This document shows, one piece after another, positions 40,228 to 48,726 of a stretch of DNA of 64,000 bases (positions are counted from its first letter, which is position 1; every line of letters begins with the position of its first letter). The position numbers were made by a program, and so were the translations under genes. Source of the stretch: a virus; IMG/VR virus record IMGVR_UViG_3300021093_000054, positions 9,219 to 73,218 of that record. One strand, written 5' to 3'. The notes beneath the pieces were generated by a model, which worked only from the letters and a program-made list of their open reading frames with translations, searched no databases and was not told where the DNA came from.

Positions 40228-40526
40228 ATTGTGATTACATTTTATTTGTTGATGGTTCACAATAAACAACCTCTAAACCGAACTAACTAAATAGTTGTGA
40301 TTACCTTCCATTTAAGTATGATTCACAATTTTATTAAATATGGATAGTATATTGTCCGAGTTGTGATTACCTTTCATTTAAGGATGATTCACAATGCGCA
40401 CTGCCGGTTTGTCCGAACGATTTTTGTTGTGATTACCTTTCATTTAAGGATGATTCACAATTTCAATCGTTGGGGATGAATTATACGGCAGTTGTGATTA
40501 CCTTTCATTTAAGGATGATTCACAAT
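40228..40526. CRISPR. CRISPR array, 5 repeats (36 bp) and 4 spacers (30, 30, 30, 29 bp)
   Basis: Consensus (+) GTTGTGATTACCTTTCATTTAAGGATGATTCACAAT at 40360, 40426, 40491 (identical), 40294 (2 mismatches), 40228 (7 mismatches); unique spacers; palindromic ends TTGTGA/TCACAA. Confidence 0.95.
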
Positions 40527-40633
40527 GTGAATTAGGAAACTTTACTATTGAAAGGTTCTTATCATCAACAGAAGTTGTAACCAACTTCCTCCGAATAATT
40601 AAATTGGATGTCACACCACCCAGTTTTTGTTTC
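40527..40633 (-). ncRNA. candidate tracrRNA / omegaRNA-derived scaffold (or array leader)
   Basis: Inverted partial repeat copy at 40547-40569, perfect hairpin GAAGTTG/CAACTTC 40571-40588, second hairpin about 40603-40625. Confidence 0.55.
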
Positions 40634-41812
40634 CTATTTTTTTAAACTGTCAAAGAACTTTTTTGTCCCTAAATCTCTAATGTTTAAGGCAGCATTTAAA
40701 TCTCTATTCAAAATTTCACCACAATTTTCACATTTCCAGATTCTATCTTTTAATTCTAAATTTTTATTAATTGTCCCACAACAATTACATTTTTTACTTG
40801 TTGGTTCAAATCTACCAATTTCAACTAAATATTTTCCACTATTTTTTGTTTTATAACCAATCATAGTTTTAAATTTACCAAAACCAACATCAATTATACT
40901 TCTATTCAATCCAGATTTTTGTTTTACATTTTTACCAGGATTTTCTTTTGTACCTTTACTTGATTTTGTCATCCCTTTAACATTTAAATCTTCCATACAA
41001 ATCAAATCATAATTATCTACTAATTTTTTTGATTCGTTATGTAAAAAATTTTCTCTTGTATTAGCTACATTTTCATGTATTTTTGAAATGTTTTTTTTTA
41101 TTTTTTTATAGTTGTTTGACCCTTTTTTTGCTCTTGCTAATTTTCTTTGTAAGACAGTTAGGTGTTCTTGATTTTTAGTTAAATGTTTTGGATTTTCTAT
41201 TACTTCGTTATCTGATGTGACAACAAATGCTTTTACCCCCAAATCTATACCAACACTTTTTTTAACTTCAACTTTTTTAAAATTATTTGTGTACTCAACC
41301 ATAATTGAGACATAATATTTATTGTGTTTTTTTGAAATTGTTACGGTTTTGATTTTACCTTCAATAGGTCTATGATATTTAATTTTAATTAATTTTTCAA
41401 CCTTTGGTATTTTCAAATAGCCGTCATATGTAATATATAAATTTTTAGAATTTTGCTTTGTACTTGGTCTTGTTGTAAAACTTTGAGTGGTGTCGGATTC
41501 TTTTTTGAATTTTGGGTAACCCCCTTTATTTTTAAAAAAATTTTTATATGCCTTTGATAAGGCCTTCATTTCATTACAATATATGTTTACATCATATTCG
41601 TTTAGAAATGGTGCTTTTACTCTATAATTTTTTATATGATAATTTAATCCAAAATGTGATAAATTTGATTTACCACCCAACTGATAAATTTGTTTTTCAC
41701 AATCTAAAGAAACATTATAAACATATCTTCCGGCTTTGAAAGCCCCTTCAAAATATTCTATTTGTTTCTCTGTTGGGTAAATCCTATATTTATATGCTTT
41801 ATTTTGTTTCAC
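40634..41812 (-). CDS. tnpB: TnpB-family RNA-guided endonuclease (IS200/IS605 OrfB-like), CRISPR-adjacent
   Basis: N-terminal KAYKYRIYPT, RuvC-I GIDLG, RuvC-II CMEDL, Zn finger CNCC...CENC, RuvC-III RDLNAALNI; GTG start. Confidence 0.93.
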   Translation of the reverse strand: MKQNKAYKYRIYPTEKQIEYFEGAFKAGRYVYNVSLDCEKQIYQLGGKSNLSHFGLNYHIKNYRVKAPFLNEYDVNIYCNEMKALSKAYKNFFKNKGGYPKFKKESDTTQSFTTRPSTKQNSKNLYITYDGYLKIPKVEKLIKIKYHRPIEGKIKTVTISKKHNKYYVSIMVEYTNNFKKVEVKKSVGIDLGVKAFVVTSDNEVIENPKHLTKNQEHLTVLQRKLARAKKGSNNYKKIKKNISKIHENVANTRENFLHNESKKLVDNYDLICMEDLNVKGMTKSSKGTKENPGKNVKQKSGLNRSIIDVGFGKFKTMIGYKTKNSGKYLVEIGRFEPTSKKCNCCGTINKNLELKDRIWKCENCGEILNRDLNAALNIRDLGTKKFFDSLKK

Positions 41813-41816
41813 AATA

Positions 41817-41848
41817 CAAATATAGGATTTATTTTTTAATTGGTCAAA
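41817..41848 (-). promoter_or_regulatory. Bacteroidota sigma-A promoter for tnpB
   Basis: TTTG (41848-41845)-N20-TATATTTG (41824-41817), 4 nt before GTG. Confidence 0.75.
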
Positions 41849-44214
41849 AGTTTTGAGATATTATTTTGTTTTGTAATTTTTATCACACAATCTGCCCATT
41901 GTGAGACCATAGGATTGTGAGTTATTACAAACACTTTATCAAAGTATTCCTTAATCTTTACAAAAAATTCAGACACCATCTCCAAGTTGTCATTACTTAT
42001 TTTACCAAATACTTCGTCGAATACAATCAGATTGGGTTTTGGTAGAGAACATACTTTACTCAAAACTGATCTTAAGGCGAGTGATGCAATTGTTTTTTCA
42101 TATCCGGACCCACTAACCATTAACTTTTCAACACCAGTATTATTATCTACCTGGATAAACTCAACCTCGGATTTATCATTAATTCTGATTTCTAATTTGA
42201 AGTAACAAGAATCTTCCATCAACCTTTGTAATTCAGAGTTAATAAGTGGCATCATAGTTTTCATAATAATTTTACTAACACCATTCTTACCATAACTTTC
42301 AAGATACATTTTATAAATCTTATCCTTACTTTCTTCTTCTTTAATTTTTACAATTAAATTTTTGTTATTGGTAATCTTTTCCTTATTTGATTTAATTGTA
42401 TATTCATTTGTGTTAATCTGGTTATTCTTTTCTTTTAAAAGTTTATCATAACTTTCAAGTTTCAAGTCAGCTTTAATTAACATAGAATCAATCTGGTCGT
42501 TTGTTTTAATCTTGTCCTGGACCTCACCCCACCTTTTTAATTTATCTTCAAACCCAGAAATTTTCAAGTCACAACTTTCAACACTCAAATCATATTTTTC
42601 TTTGATAAGTTTGTTTTTCTCATACTCATCAAATTGTCTTTTTGTCTCAACAAATTCTTTTTCTTTGTTGGTTAAATCCGTCATTAACTTCTCAATAACC
42701 TTTTTTTGTTGTGTAAATCCATCAAGTTCAGATATTTTTTGTTGTGTAATTGCTGCGTTCATAAGTTCAATTCCACAGTGTTCACATTTAATACCACCCT
42801 TTACTTCTGACTTTAATTTTTCAATACCAGAAATCTTTGTTTCAAGTTCTATTTTTGAATGGAACTTAGTTTTATACTCATCTTTTACTTTGTCGTGTTT
42901 ATCTTCTTCATAAAATTGTTCTGGTTCAACAACCTTTAGTGTTGAAAGTAGGTCAACATAAGATTGTCTTTCTTTTTTCAAAGTTTCTATTTGTGATTTT
43001 GTTGTTTCTGGATTAAGTAAGGCAATTTCTTTATCGATGTCTGAATGTTTCTTTTTTAACATCGAATCTCTATAATCTTTTCCTTTTGCTATACCATCCT
43101 CAATTTCTTTTACTTCACTTTTAAGAATTTCAATTTGTCCTTCAAGTTCTGTGATTTTACTTTCAAAAGATTCAATATCTTGTTTTAATTCTTCTGAATT
43201 ATAGATATTTGATAATTTTGACTTACTAAATGATGAATAAATTTCTTTTGCAACTTCTTCCTTTTTCTTTAAAAATTCAAGACCCATAAATCTTGAAAGA
43301 ACTTGTCCTCTGGCTGTTGGTTTTGCTTCTAATAATTCTTCTAGGTTTGTTGCCGTTGTAAGAATTGTCATTAAGAAATCTTCCTTGGTCCCAATTGAAC
43401 TTTTAATGAAGGCTTCAGTTTCTCTTCTTTGTTCTCCGGTAAAGTTCTGTAAAGAACCATCGTGTAGTTTTTTAAAGAAATCAAGTTCTGTTTTAACATT
43501 CCATTCACCTTTCTTTGATTTTTTTCTTTCAATTTTTCTTAAAATTATATAATCTTCACCATCAATTGTGATTTCACCTTTAACAACAACCTCATCTTTA
43601 TCAGAAAATCTATTAAAAACTTCTTCAGCTTTTGATGTCTTTGTTGTTTCATTGAAGAACAAGAACATTAGTAAATCCACCGTAAGAACCGTCTTGCCAC
43701 CAAAGTTTGGTGGGTCCGATTCAACAACAACAATTCCATTCAACTTGTCAAAATCAAGTCGTTGGTTTTCGCCATATGATAAGAAGTTGGAGAACTCAAT
43801 GTTTCTTATGTACCACTTTTTAAACTGTGTTGTTTCAGAATCATCTTCTTTCATTTTATTCTCAACCATTTTATTCAAATCAAGAATTTCTGTAAGATGT
43901 TCTCCATACCCTTTGGATTCCAAAAATTTCTTTAACAAATCAAGTTGATAGTTAACGTCAGTTATGTTCATTGATACATCAACTGTTTGCATAGTTTCTG
44001 TGTCAACATTTTTTACTTTTGTAACAACATTAACATTTGTAGTGTTATACTTTTTTTGAAAGTAGTGTTTAACACTCTTCATTTTGTCTTGTGTGAAATT
44101 TTCTTGTAGGTCTTCCCACACCACCTGGATAGATGGGTTTTCAAACTTTGAAAAATCCAAATCTTTTATCATAATATTGTAATTGTATAATTTTGGTGGA
44201 TTAAATAAATCCAT
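41836..44214 (-). CDS. SbcC/Rad50 (gp46-like) ATPase
   Basis: FSNFLSYG, NFGGKT Walker A variant, coiled coil with CEHC hook, SGYEK, FDEVFG, ITH. Confidence 0.88.
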   Translation of the reverse strand: MDLFNPPKLYNYNIMIKDLDFSKFENPSIQVVWEDLQENFTQDKMKSVKHYFQKKYNTTNVNVVTKVKNVDTETMQTVDVSMNITDVNYQLDLLKKFLESKGYGEHLTEILDLNKMVENKMKEDDSETTQFKKWYIRNIEFSNFLSYGENQRLDFDKLNGIVVVESDPPNFGGKTVLTVDLLMFLFFNETTKTSKAEEVFNRFSDKDEVVVKGEITIDGEDYIILRKIERKKSKKGEWNVKTELDFFKKLHDGSLQNFTGEQRRETEAFIKSSIGTKEDFLMTILTTATNLEELLEAKPTARGQVLSRFMGLEFLKKKEEVAKEIYSSFSKSKLSNIYNSEELKQDIESFESKITELEGQIEILKSEVKEIEDGIAKGKDYRDSMLKKKHSDIDKEIALLNPETTKSQIETLKKERQSYVDLLSTLKVVEPEQFYEEDKHDKVKDEYKTKFHSKIELETKISGIEKLKSEVKGGIKCEHCGIELMNAAITQQKISELDGFTQQKKVIEKLMTDLTNKEKEFVETKRQFDEYEKNKLIKEKYDLSVESCDLKISGFEDKLKRWGEVQDKIKTNDQIDSMLIKADLKLESYDKLLKEKNNQINTNEYTIKSNKEKITNNKNLIVKIKEEESKDKIYKMYLESYGKNGVSKIIMKTMMPLINSELQRLMEDSCYFKLEIRINDKSEVEFIQVDNNTGVEKLMVSGSGYEKTIASLALRSVLSKVCSLPKPNLIVFDEVFGKISNDNLEMVSEFFVKIKEYFDKVFVITHNPMVSQWADCVIKITKQNNISKLLTN

Positions 44215-44217
44215 ATT

Positions 44218-44541
44218 TTATTTTTCTGATTCAGAAATTTGGTCTTCAACTTGTGGTTCTATTCTATCTTCAATTGAAAATCCACTACTATCAAATTGTG
44301 CTTCAAACATTTGAGTATTTTCTTCCTTAAATTCAACAATAGAATTCAACTCTACATCATTAACAATACTAAACGGAACTTCTTGTTCGCCAACCGAAAC
44401 GTTAAGACTTTCAGCTTCTTGTTGTTCTGCCATTTGTTTCATCATTTTATTTAACGCATTCTGCATTGCATATCTTTCTTGTGTAATTCTTCTGTTTCGT
44501 TTTGCAACCTTTGCTCGGTGCTCTTTAGCTTTTTTTCCCAT
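44218..44541 (-). CDS. hypothetical protein
   Basis: ORF. Confidence 0.55.
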   Translation of the reverse strand: MGKKAKEHRAKVAKRNRRITQERYAMQNALNKMMKQMAEQQEAESLNVSVGEQEVPFSIVNDVELNSIVEFKEENTQMFEAQFDSSGFSIEDRIEPQVEDQISESEK

Positions 44542-44553
44542 TTTTATTTATAT

Positions 44554-44949
44554 TTAATCGTTTAAAATTTCTTGTTCAGTTTCTGGTTCTTCGTAGTGTT
44601 GGACTTTTTGTGGTCTATTTTCTTCAAACCATTCAATTATTGAATTTATCGCCCAGACAGATCCGGCCGATAACATTCCATCAAAAAATACGGAAACATA
44701 TTCATTAAGTCCAATAAAATTATGAATAGGTGAAAAGAAAGTTAATGATAGAAAAAAACCAACCCATGTTGATGTACATAACATACATTGTATCAATTCT
44801 GAAATAAATTTTCCAAGACCATTAAAAGCCATGTAGTCACTATTACCCCAATTATGGATTGATTGTCTTAATCCGTTAAAAATTGATCCGTAGACCAGAA
44901 TGGTTGTCATTCCATATGCAACCAACATAAAAATTACTAATTGTATCAT
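44554..44949 (-). CDS. membrane protein (DUF1360-like)
   Basis: ELIQCMLCTSTWVG motif with TMs. Confidence 0.6.
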   Translation of the reverse strand: MIQLVIFMLVAYGMTTILVYGSIFNGLRQSIHNWGNSDYMAFNGLGKFISELIQCMLCTSTWVGFFLSLTFFSPIHNFIGLNEYVSVFFDGMLSAGSVWAINSIIEWFEENRPQKVQHYEEPETEQEILND

Positions 44950-45587
44950 AATGTATCATTTAAATTTGAACCTCTCAAGAATACTGCATTTAATTTATTT
45001 TGTCTAGTATTTTGTAGGTCCTGGTTTATTTTTGTTAATTCTTTTATTTTATCATTTTTTTCCGTGAGTTCCTTTCTCAATTTTTGAAGTGTTTCCTGGA
45101 GCATTTTTTCATTGCTGTCGTCTAACTTAATGTCTAAACTTTGTCTAAATTCATCTAATTCTTTATCCTTTTTAGATATTTCATCTTCCAACCTGGCGAT
45201 TTTTTCACCAAGTTCATTTTCATTACTTTTATCATAAACAGTAACTACTTTTTCTACAATTTTTTCAACTGGAACTTCTTTAATTATTTCTTTTTCAACA
45301 ATAACTTCCTTTATAACCTCAATAGGAACTTCAACCCGTTTTTCAATAATAACTTCCTTTATTAATTGTTTTTCATCAATAACATCAGTTTTTAAGTCAT
45401 TTTTACCCTCATTAAGTGTTTCTCCTAATAATCCGTATTTTTTTATATCAAAACCTTGTTTAAAACATTTATATATAAAACCATCAATGTCTTTAATTTT
45501 ATTTTCAGAACAAAATGCCGACACTGTCTGCATTATCTTTTCATTAAAGATTTTTGAGTAATTCGGTTCCATTTTCAATATCGTCAA
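44946..45587 (-). CDS. coiled-coil protein with EVPVEKIVE repeats
   Basis: ORF; start uncertain. Confidence 0.55.
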   Translation of the reverse strand: MTILKMEPNYSKIFNEKIMQTVSAFCSENKIKDIDGFIYKCFKQGFDIKKYGLLGETLNEGKNDLKTDVIDEKQLIKEVIIEKRVEVPIEVIKEVIVEKEIIKEVPVEKIVEKVVTVYDKSNENELGEKIARLEDEISKKDKELDEFRQSLDIKLDDSNEKMLQETLQKLRKELTEKNDKIKELTKINQDLQNTRQNKLNAVFLRGSNLNDTL

Positions 45588-46323
45588 ATGAATTTATTGA
45601 GAATTTTAGAAATGGTCTTGGGTTTTCAAGATCGGTATATGTATATTCCTTGGTTTCGAAATCATAAATTCCGAACCCGTGGTTTCTAATACTTTCACCT
45701 ATGTTCTGTTGAATTGGTGATCCAATCATATATCCTTTACCTGTTTTGAATTTAAATTCCTGTCTTTTATGAATATCACCACATAATACAATATCAAGTC
45801 CGTTGAACTTTTCAACATCATATGCTTCTTCACCAAAGTCAAACCCTAAATCCGTTTTCATGCCTTGGATTGGTCCGTGAAATAAACCAACTTTAATACC
45901 TGTTGCAACATTCAAATCTGGTGGAATATTACCCTGGTATTGTGAATAAACACACCAACTAACATTTTCATCTTCATAAACACCTCTATCTCTATAATAG
46001 ACAATATTTTTGTTATTTAATGAATTAATTATTGGTGTTAAGGTATCCAGCCTATCTAAATTATTTATGAGTGCGTCGTGGTTCCCTGGGATGATAATTG
46101 TTTTTGTGATTTTGGAACATTCGGTCAATACCCAACTTACAATTTCTATTAATTCAGGACTAACAGTGTTTTTTGAATGAACGAGGTCTCCAGTAAATAC
46201 AATTCTATCTGGTTCAATCTCTCTCCATTGATTGAGTGCATCTTCCATAATTGACCTATAAAGGTCGTGGTCTTTAAATAATCTGATATGAAGATCAGAG
46301 AAATGACAAATGGTTTTGATCAT
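45544..46323 (-). CDS. SbcD/Mre11 (gp47-like) nuclease
   Basis: SDLH, TGDL, GNHD, FHG, GDIHK. Confidence 0.88.
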   Translation of the reverse strand: MIKTICHFSDLHIRLFKDHDLYRSIMEDALNQWREIEPDRIVFTGDLVHSKNTVSPELIEIVSWVLTECSKITKTIIIPGNHDALINNLDRLDTLTPIINSLNNKNIVYYRDRGVYEDENVSWCVYSQYQGNIPPDLNVATGIKVGLFHGPIQGMKTDLGFDFGEEAYDVEKFNGLDIVLCGDIHKRQEFKFKTGKGYMIGSPIQQNIGESIRNHGFGIYDFETKEYTYTDLENPRPFLKFSINSFDDIENGTELLKNL

Positions 46324-46414
46324 ATTGTTTGTTTTTTTAAAAAATATACAAAATATTTTAATTTTTCAATACTTAAAAGATATGTATATATATAAATGTA
46401 TTAATATTTTTATT

Positions 46415-47257
46415 ATGAAAAAAAATACTTGGACTAATGAAGAAATTGAATTTTTAAAGGTAAATTACCCAATAAAAGGTGTTGATTTTTGTGTTGATAA
46501 TTTAAATTACACAAAATCTAAAATATTTGCAATGACTCACAAACTAAAACTTAAAATGTTACCTAACATTAAGAAAAAATATACGGGTAAACCAAACAAT
46601 CTATGCAATGTAAATCCTTCAAAATTTGAAAATATTGTTGATAAAGATGTTTCTTATTTCCTTGGTTTGTTATGGGCTGATGGTCATATAATACATTACA
46701 AAAGAAATTACCATATTGTTTTAACTATGTTAGAAGATGATATTATGAATATTAAATGGATTTTAGATAAAGTTGGTAAATGGAACTATAATAAAATTAA
46801 AAAAGGGTCAGAAAACTGGAAAAATCAGATTCGGATTACAACAAACAATAAGAGAATATACGATATATTATATAAATATGATTTTACTAAAAAATCAAAG
46901 TTTTCACCAGAAAAGTTGTTAAATTCTATACCTAATGAACTACATAGTTACTTTTATTTGGGACTCATAGATGGTGATGGTTGTTTTTACATCGGTAGAA
47001 CAAAAAAATCAACAGTAAGACAATTTTCAATTTCATCAACCTACGAACAAGATTGGTCTTATCTTGAAAAATTGTTTAATTCAATGGATATCAAATTTTC
47101 TATTAATAGGTATAATAGGAAATCTGGTAGTTCTTATTCTTTTATTAGAGTTTCAAATAAAAAAGACATTACAAAAATTGGTGAATATATCTATAAAGAT
47201 ATTGATAGATTTGGTTTAGATAGAAAGTTTTTTAAGTACAACCAAATAATTTCATAA
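46415..47257 (+). CDS. double-motif LAGLIDADG homing endonuclease, free-standing
   Basis: YFLGLLWADG and FYLGLIDGDG; probable start at MKKNTWTNEE (track start 46310). Confidence 0.85.
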   Translation: MKKNTWTNEEIEFLKVNYPIKGVDFCVDNLNYTKSKIFAMTHKLKLKMLPNIKKKYTGKPNNLCNVNPSKFENIVDKDVSYFLGLLWADGHIIHYKRNYHIVLTMLEDDIMNIKWILDKVGKWNYNKIKKGSENWKNQIRITTNNKRIYDILYKYDFTKKSKFSPEKLLNSIPNELHSYFYLGLIDGDGCFYIGRTKKSTVRQFSISSTYEQDWSYLEKLFNSMDIKFSINRYNRKSGSSYSFIRVSNKKDITKIGEYIYKDIDRFGLDRKFFKYNQIIS

Positions 47258-47260
47258 ATT

Positions 47261-47500
47261 TTACATTACAATTTTTGGTGGTGTTCCTAAATCATCGTAT
47301 CCATCTTCCTTGAATGGGTTTGGTGGTACAGGTACTGGTTCAAATCTGGGCGGAGCAATTGTTCTTGGATTTGAAAAAAATGGATCAACATCTTTGACTA
47401 TATTCATTTTTTCAACTATAGGTGTGATGTCTATGTTTTTGTTTTCAAGTTTACCGTACAAGTAACCTTCTAACCAGGCAAAAAATTCTTTGTGTGTCAT
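47261..47500 (-). CDS. hypothetical protein
   Basis: ORF. Confidence 0.55.
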   Translation of the reverse strand: MTHKEFFAWLEGYLYGKLENKNIDITPIVEKMNIVKDVDPFFSNPRTIAPPRFEPVPVPPNPFKEDGYDDLGTPPKIVM

Positions 47501-47682
47501 ACTAATTCTCTATTATAAAGATTTACTAAAATAATTCTTGCGAATTTAAAATCTTTAGCTTTATTTAATTTTAATCCATAAGCAAGTGCTACACTTTTAA
47601 GGTGTGGATATGCTTCACTTATTGTCATTTTTCCTATTTCCATATTAATCAAATAATTCAAATTCTTCATTAACAAATCCAC
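47497..47682 (-). CDS. small hypothetical protein
   Basis: ORF; real start probably internal (MEIGK or MTISEA). Confidence 0.45.
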   Translation of the reverse strand: MDLLMKNLNYLINMEIGKMTISEAYPHLKSVALAYGLKLNKAKDFKFARIILVNLYNRELV

Positions 47683-47857
47683 AGTTGTTACACATATAAG
47701 TTGGAAATGGGACTATGGTATCTTCATGACTTCCGGTTAATAGTTTTGGTACTTTCTTCAATAATACAACTTCTTTAAAATACTTTGATTTACATTCTGT
47801 GCATTGAATTGTTTCTTGTTCTCTTAAATTGATTTTTGGTTTAATAATGTCTTCCAT
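47645..47857 (-). CDS. small zinc-ribbon protein
   Basis: CTEC...CNNCG. Confidence 0.6.
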   Translation of the reverse strand: MEDIIKPKINLREQETIQCTECKSKYFKEVVLLKKVPKLLTGSHEDTIVPFPTYMCNNCGFVNEEFELFD

Positions 47858-47862
47858 TTTAT

Positions 47863-48726
47863 TTATTTTTTAAGCTTATTAAGCATTGGTCTTATATTCA
47901 TATTAAGTATAGTATTTATTGTGGATTTATCAACTCTGTATTCAACATATTCACGGTCTTCTGTTAATCTAACAATAATGCAACCAAATAATTTTATATT
48001 TTCGTATTTTGAACCTTCAAGCATTTTAAGAAGTAATTTACCATATAATGGAAGTTGTGTTTTATAGTGACCTAAAGCATTATTTGGTAAGTATTCAAAT
48101 GGTGATCTCATAGGTTTAATGTACTTTTGGACTATGAAGTTTTTTTCCTGGTTTGTTTTCCAGTCTGTGATTAATAATCCTATCTCACCACTTGTTCCGA
48201 CCACTAACCAAACCTTATCTGGTTGTCCGGTATAACCAAGTTCTGGATGTCCCAAAACAATTTCAGTATCAATTAAAACACAACCCCTCTGTTTTAATAA
48301 TTCAACATAGTTTTTTCCAGCAACAATCATTGTGTCACTTATAACAATTTGTTCTGCGTCACACTCAAATATTGGTTGTCTTAATTGTTTATTAACCTGG
48401 AACACTTTTAGGGTGTGGTCTTCTAAAAAATAATGAACTCTGGACCCCATATTTGTTGATCTTGTTCCTTTTTCCGCCCATTCAGCAAGTAGTTTTTCTG
48501 TTTCATCTGGGTCACCACCAGACATTTCAAAAGCTTTTTTTTCTGATGGAAACTCATCATAAAAAAGTTTCATTACCTTTGATACTGAAGGAAAATTAGA
48601 GTGTAATTTACCATCCAAATCAAGCATTGTGTATTTGTGTGTATCTTCTTCAAAAGTTAATTGTACCTCTTTTCGTCTTTTGGATAAGATATCTCTTATT
48701 TCTTGTGCTACTTTATATAAATCCAT
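47863..48726 (-). CDS. PD-(D/E)XK exonuclease
   Basis: GSRVH, E..., GQPDK, ITDWKT, YKTQLPLY. Confidence 0.8.
   Translation of the reverse strand: MDLYKVAQEIRDILSKRRKEVQLTFEEDTHKYTMLDLDGKLHSNFPSVSKVMKLFYDEFPSEKKAFEMSGGDPDETEKLLAEWAEKGTRSTNMGSRVHYFLEDHTLKVFQVNKQLRQPIFECDAEQIVISDTMIVAGKNYVELLKQRGCVLIDTEIVLGHPELGYTGQPDKVWLVVGTSGEIGLLITDWKTNQEKNFIVQKYIKPMRSPFEYLPNNALGHYKTQLPLYGKLLLKMLEGSKYENIKLFGCIIVRLTEDREYVEYRVDKSTINTILNMNIRPMLNKLKK

Noticed and set aside
40608-40856. + strand 82-aa ORF and other antisense ORFs in the track (e.g. 1745, 6077, 6165, 14522, 21186, 24417, 25720, 33521, 34389, 42512, 43568, 63216)
   Set aside because: Shadow frames opposite well-supported genes, with no recognisable motifs
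40527-41835. Autonomous IS200/IS605 or IS607 element
   Set aside because: No Y1 or serine transposase, and only 23 bp between the sbcC stop and tnpB start, with no left-end hairpin visible
47863-48726. PD-(D/E)XK nuclease as Cas4 adaptation gene for the array
   Set aside because: No Fe-S cysteine set, about 6 kb away and coupled to primase; more simply a replication/recombination exonuclease
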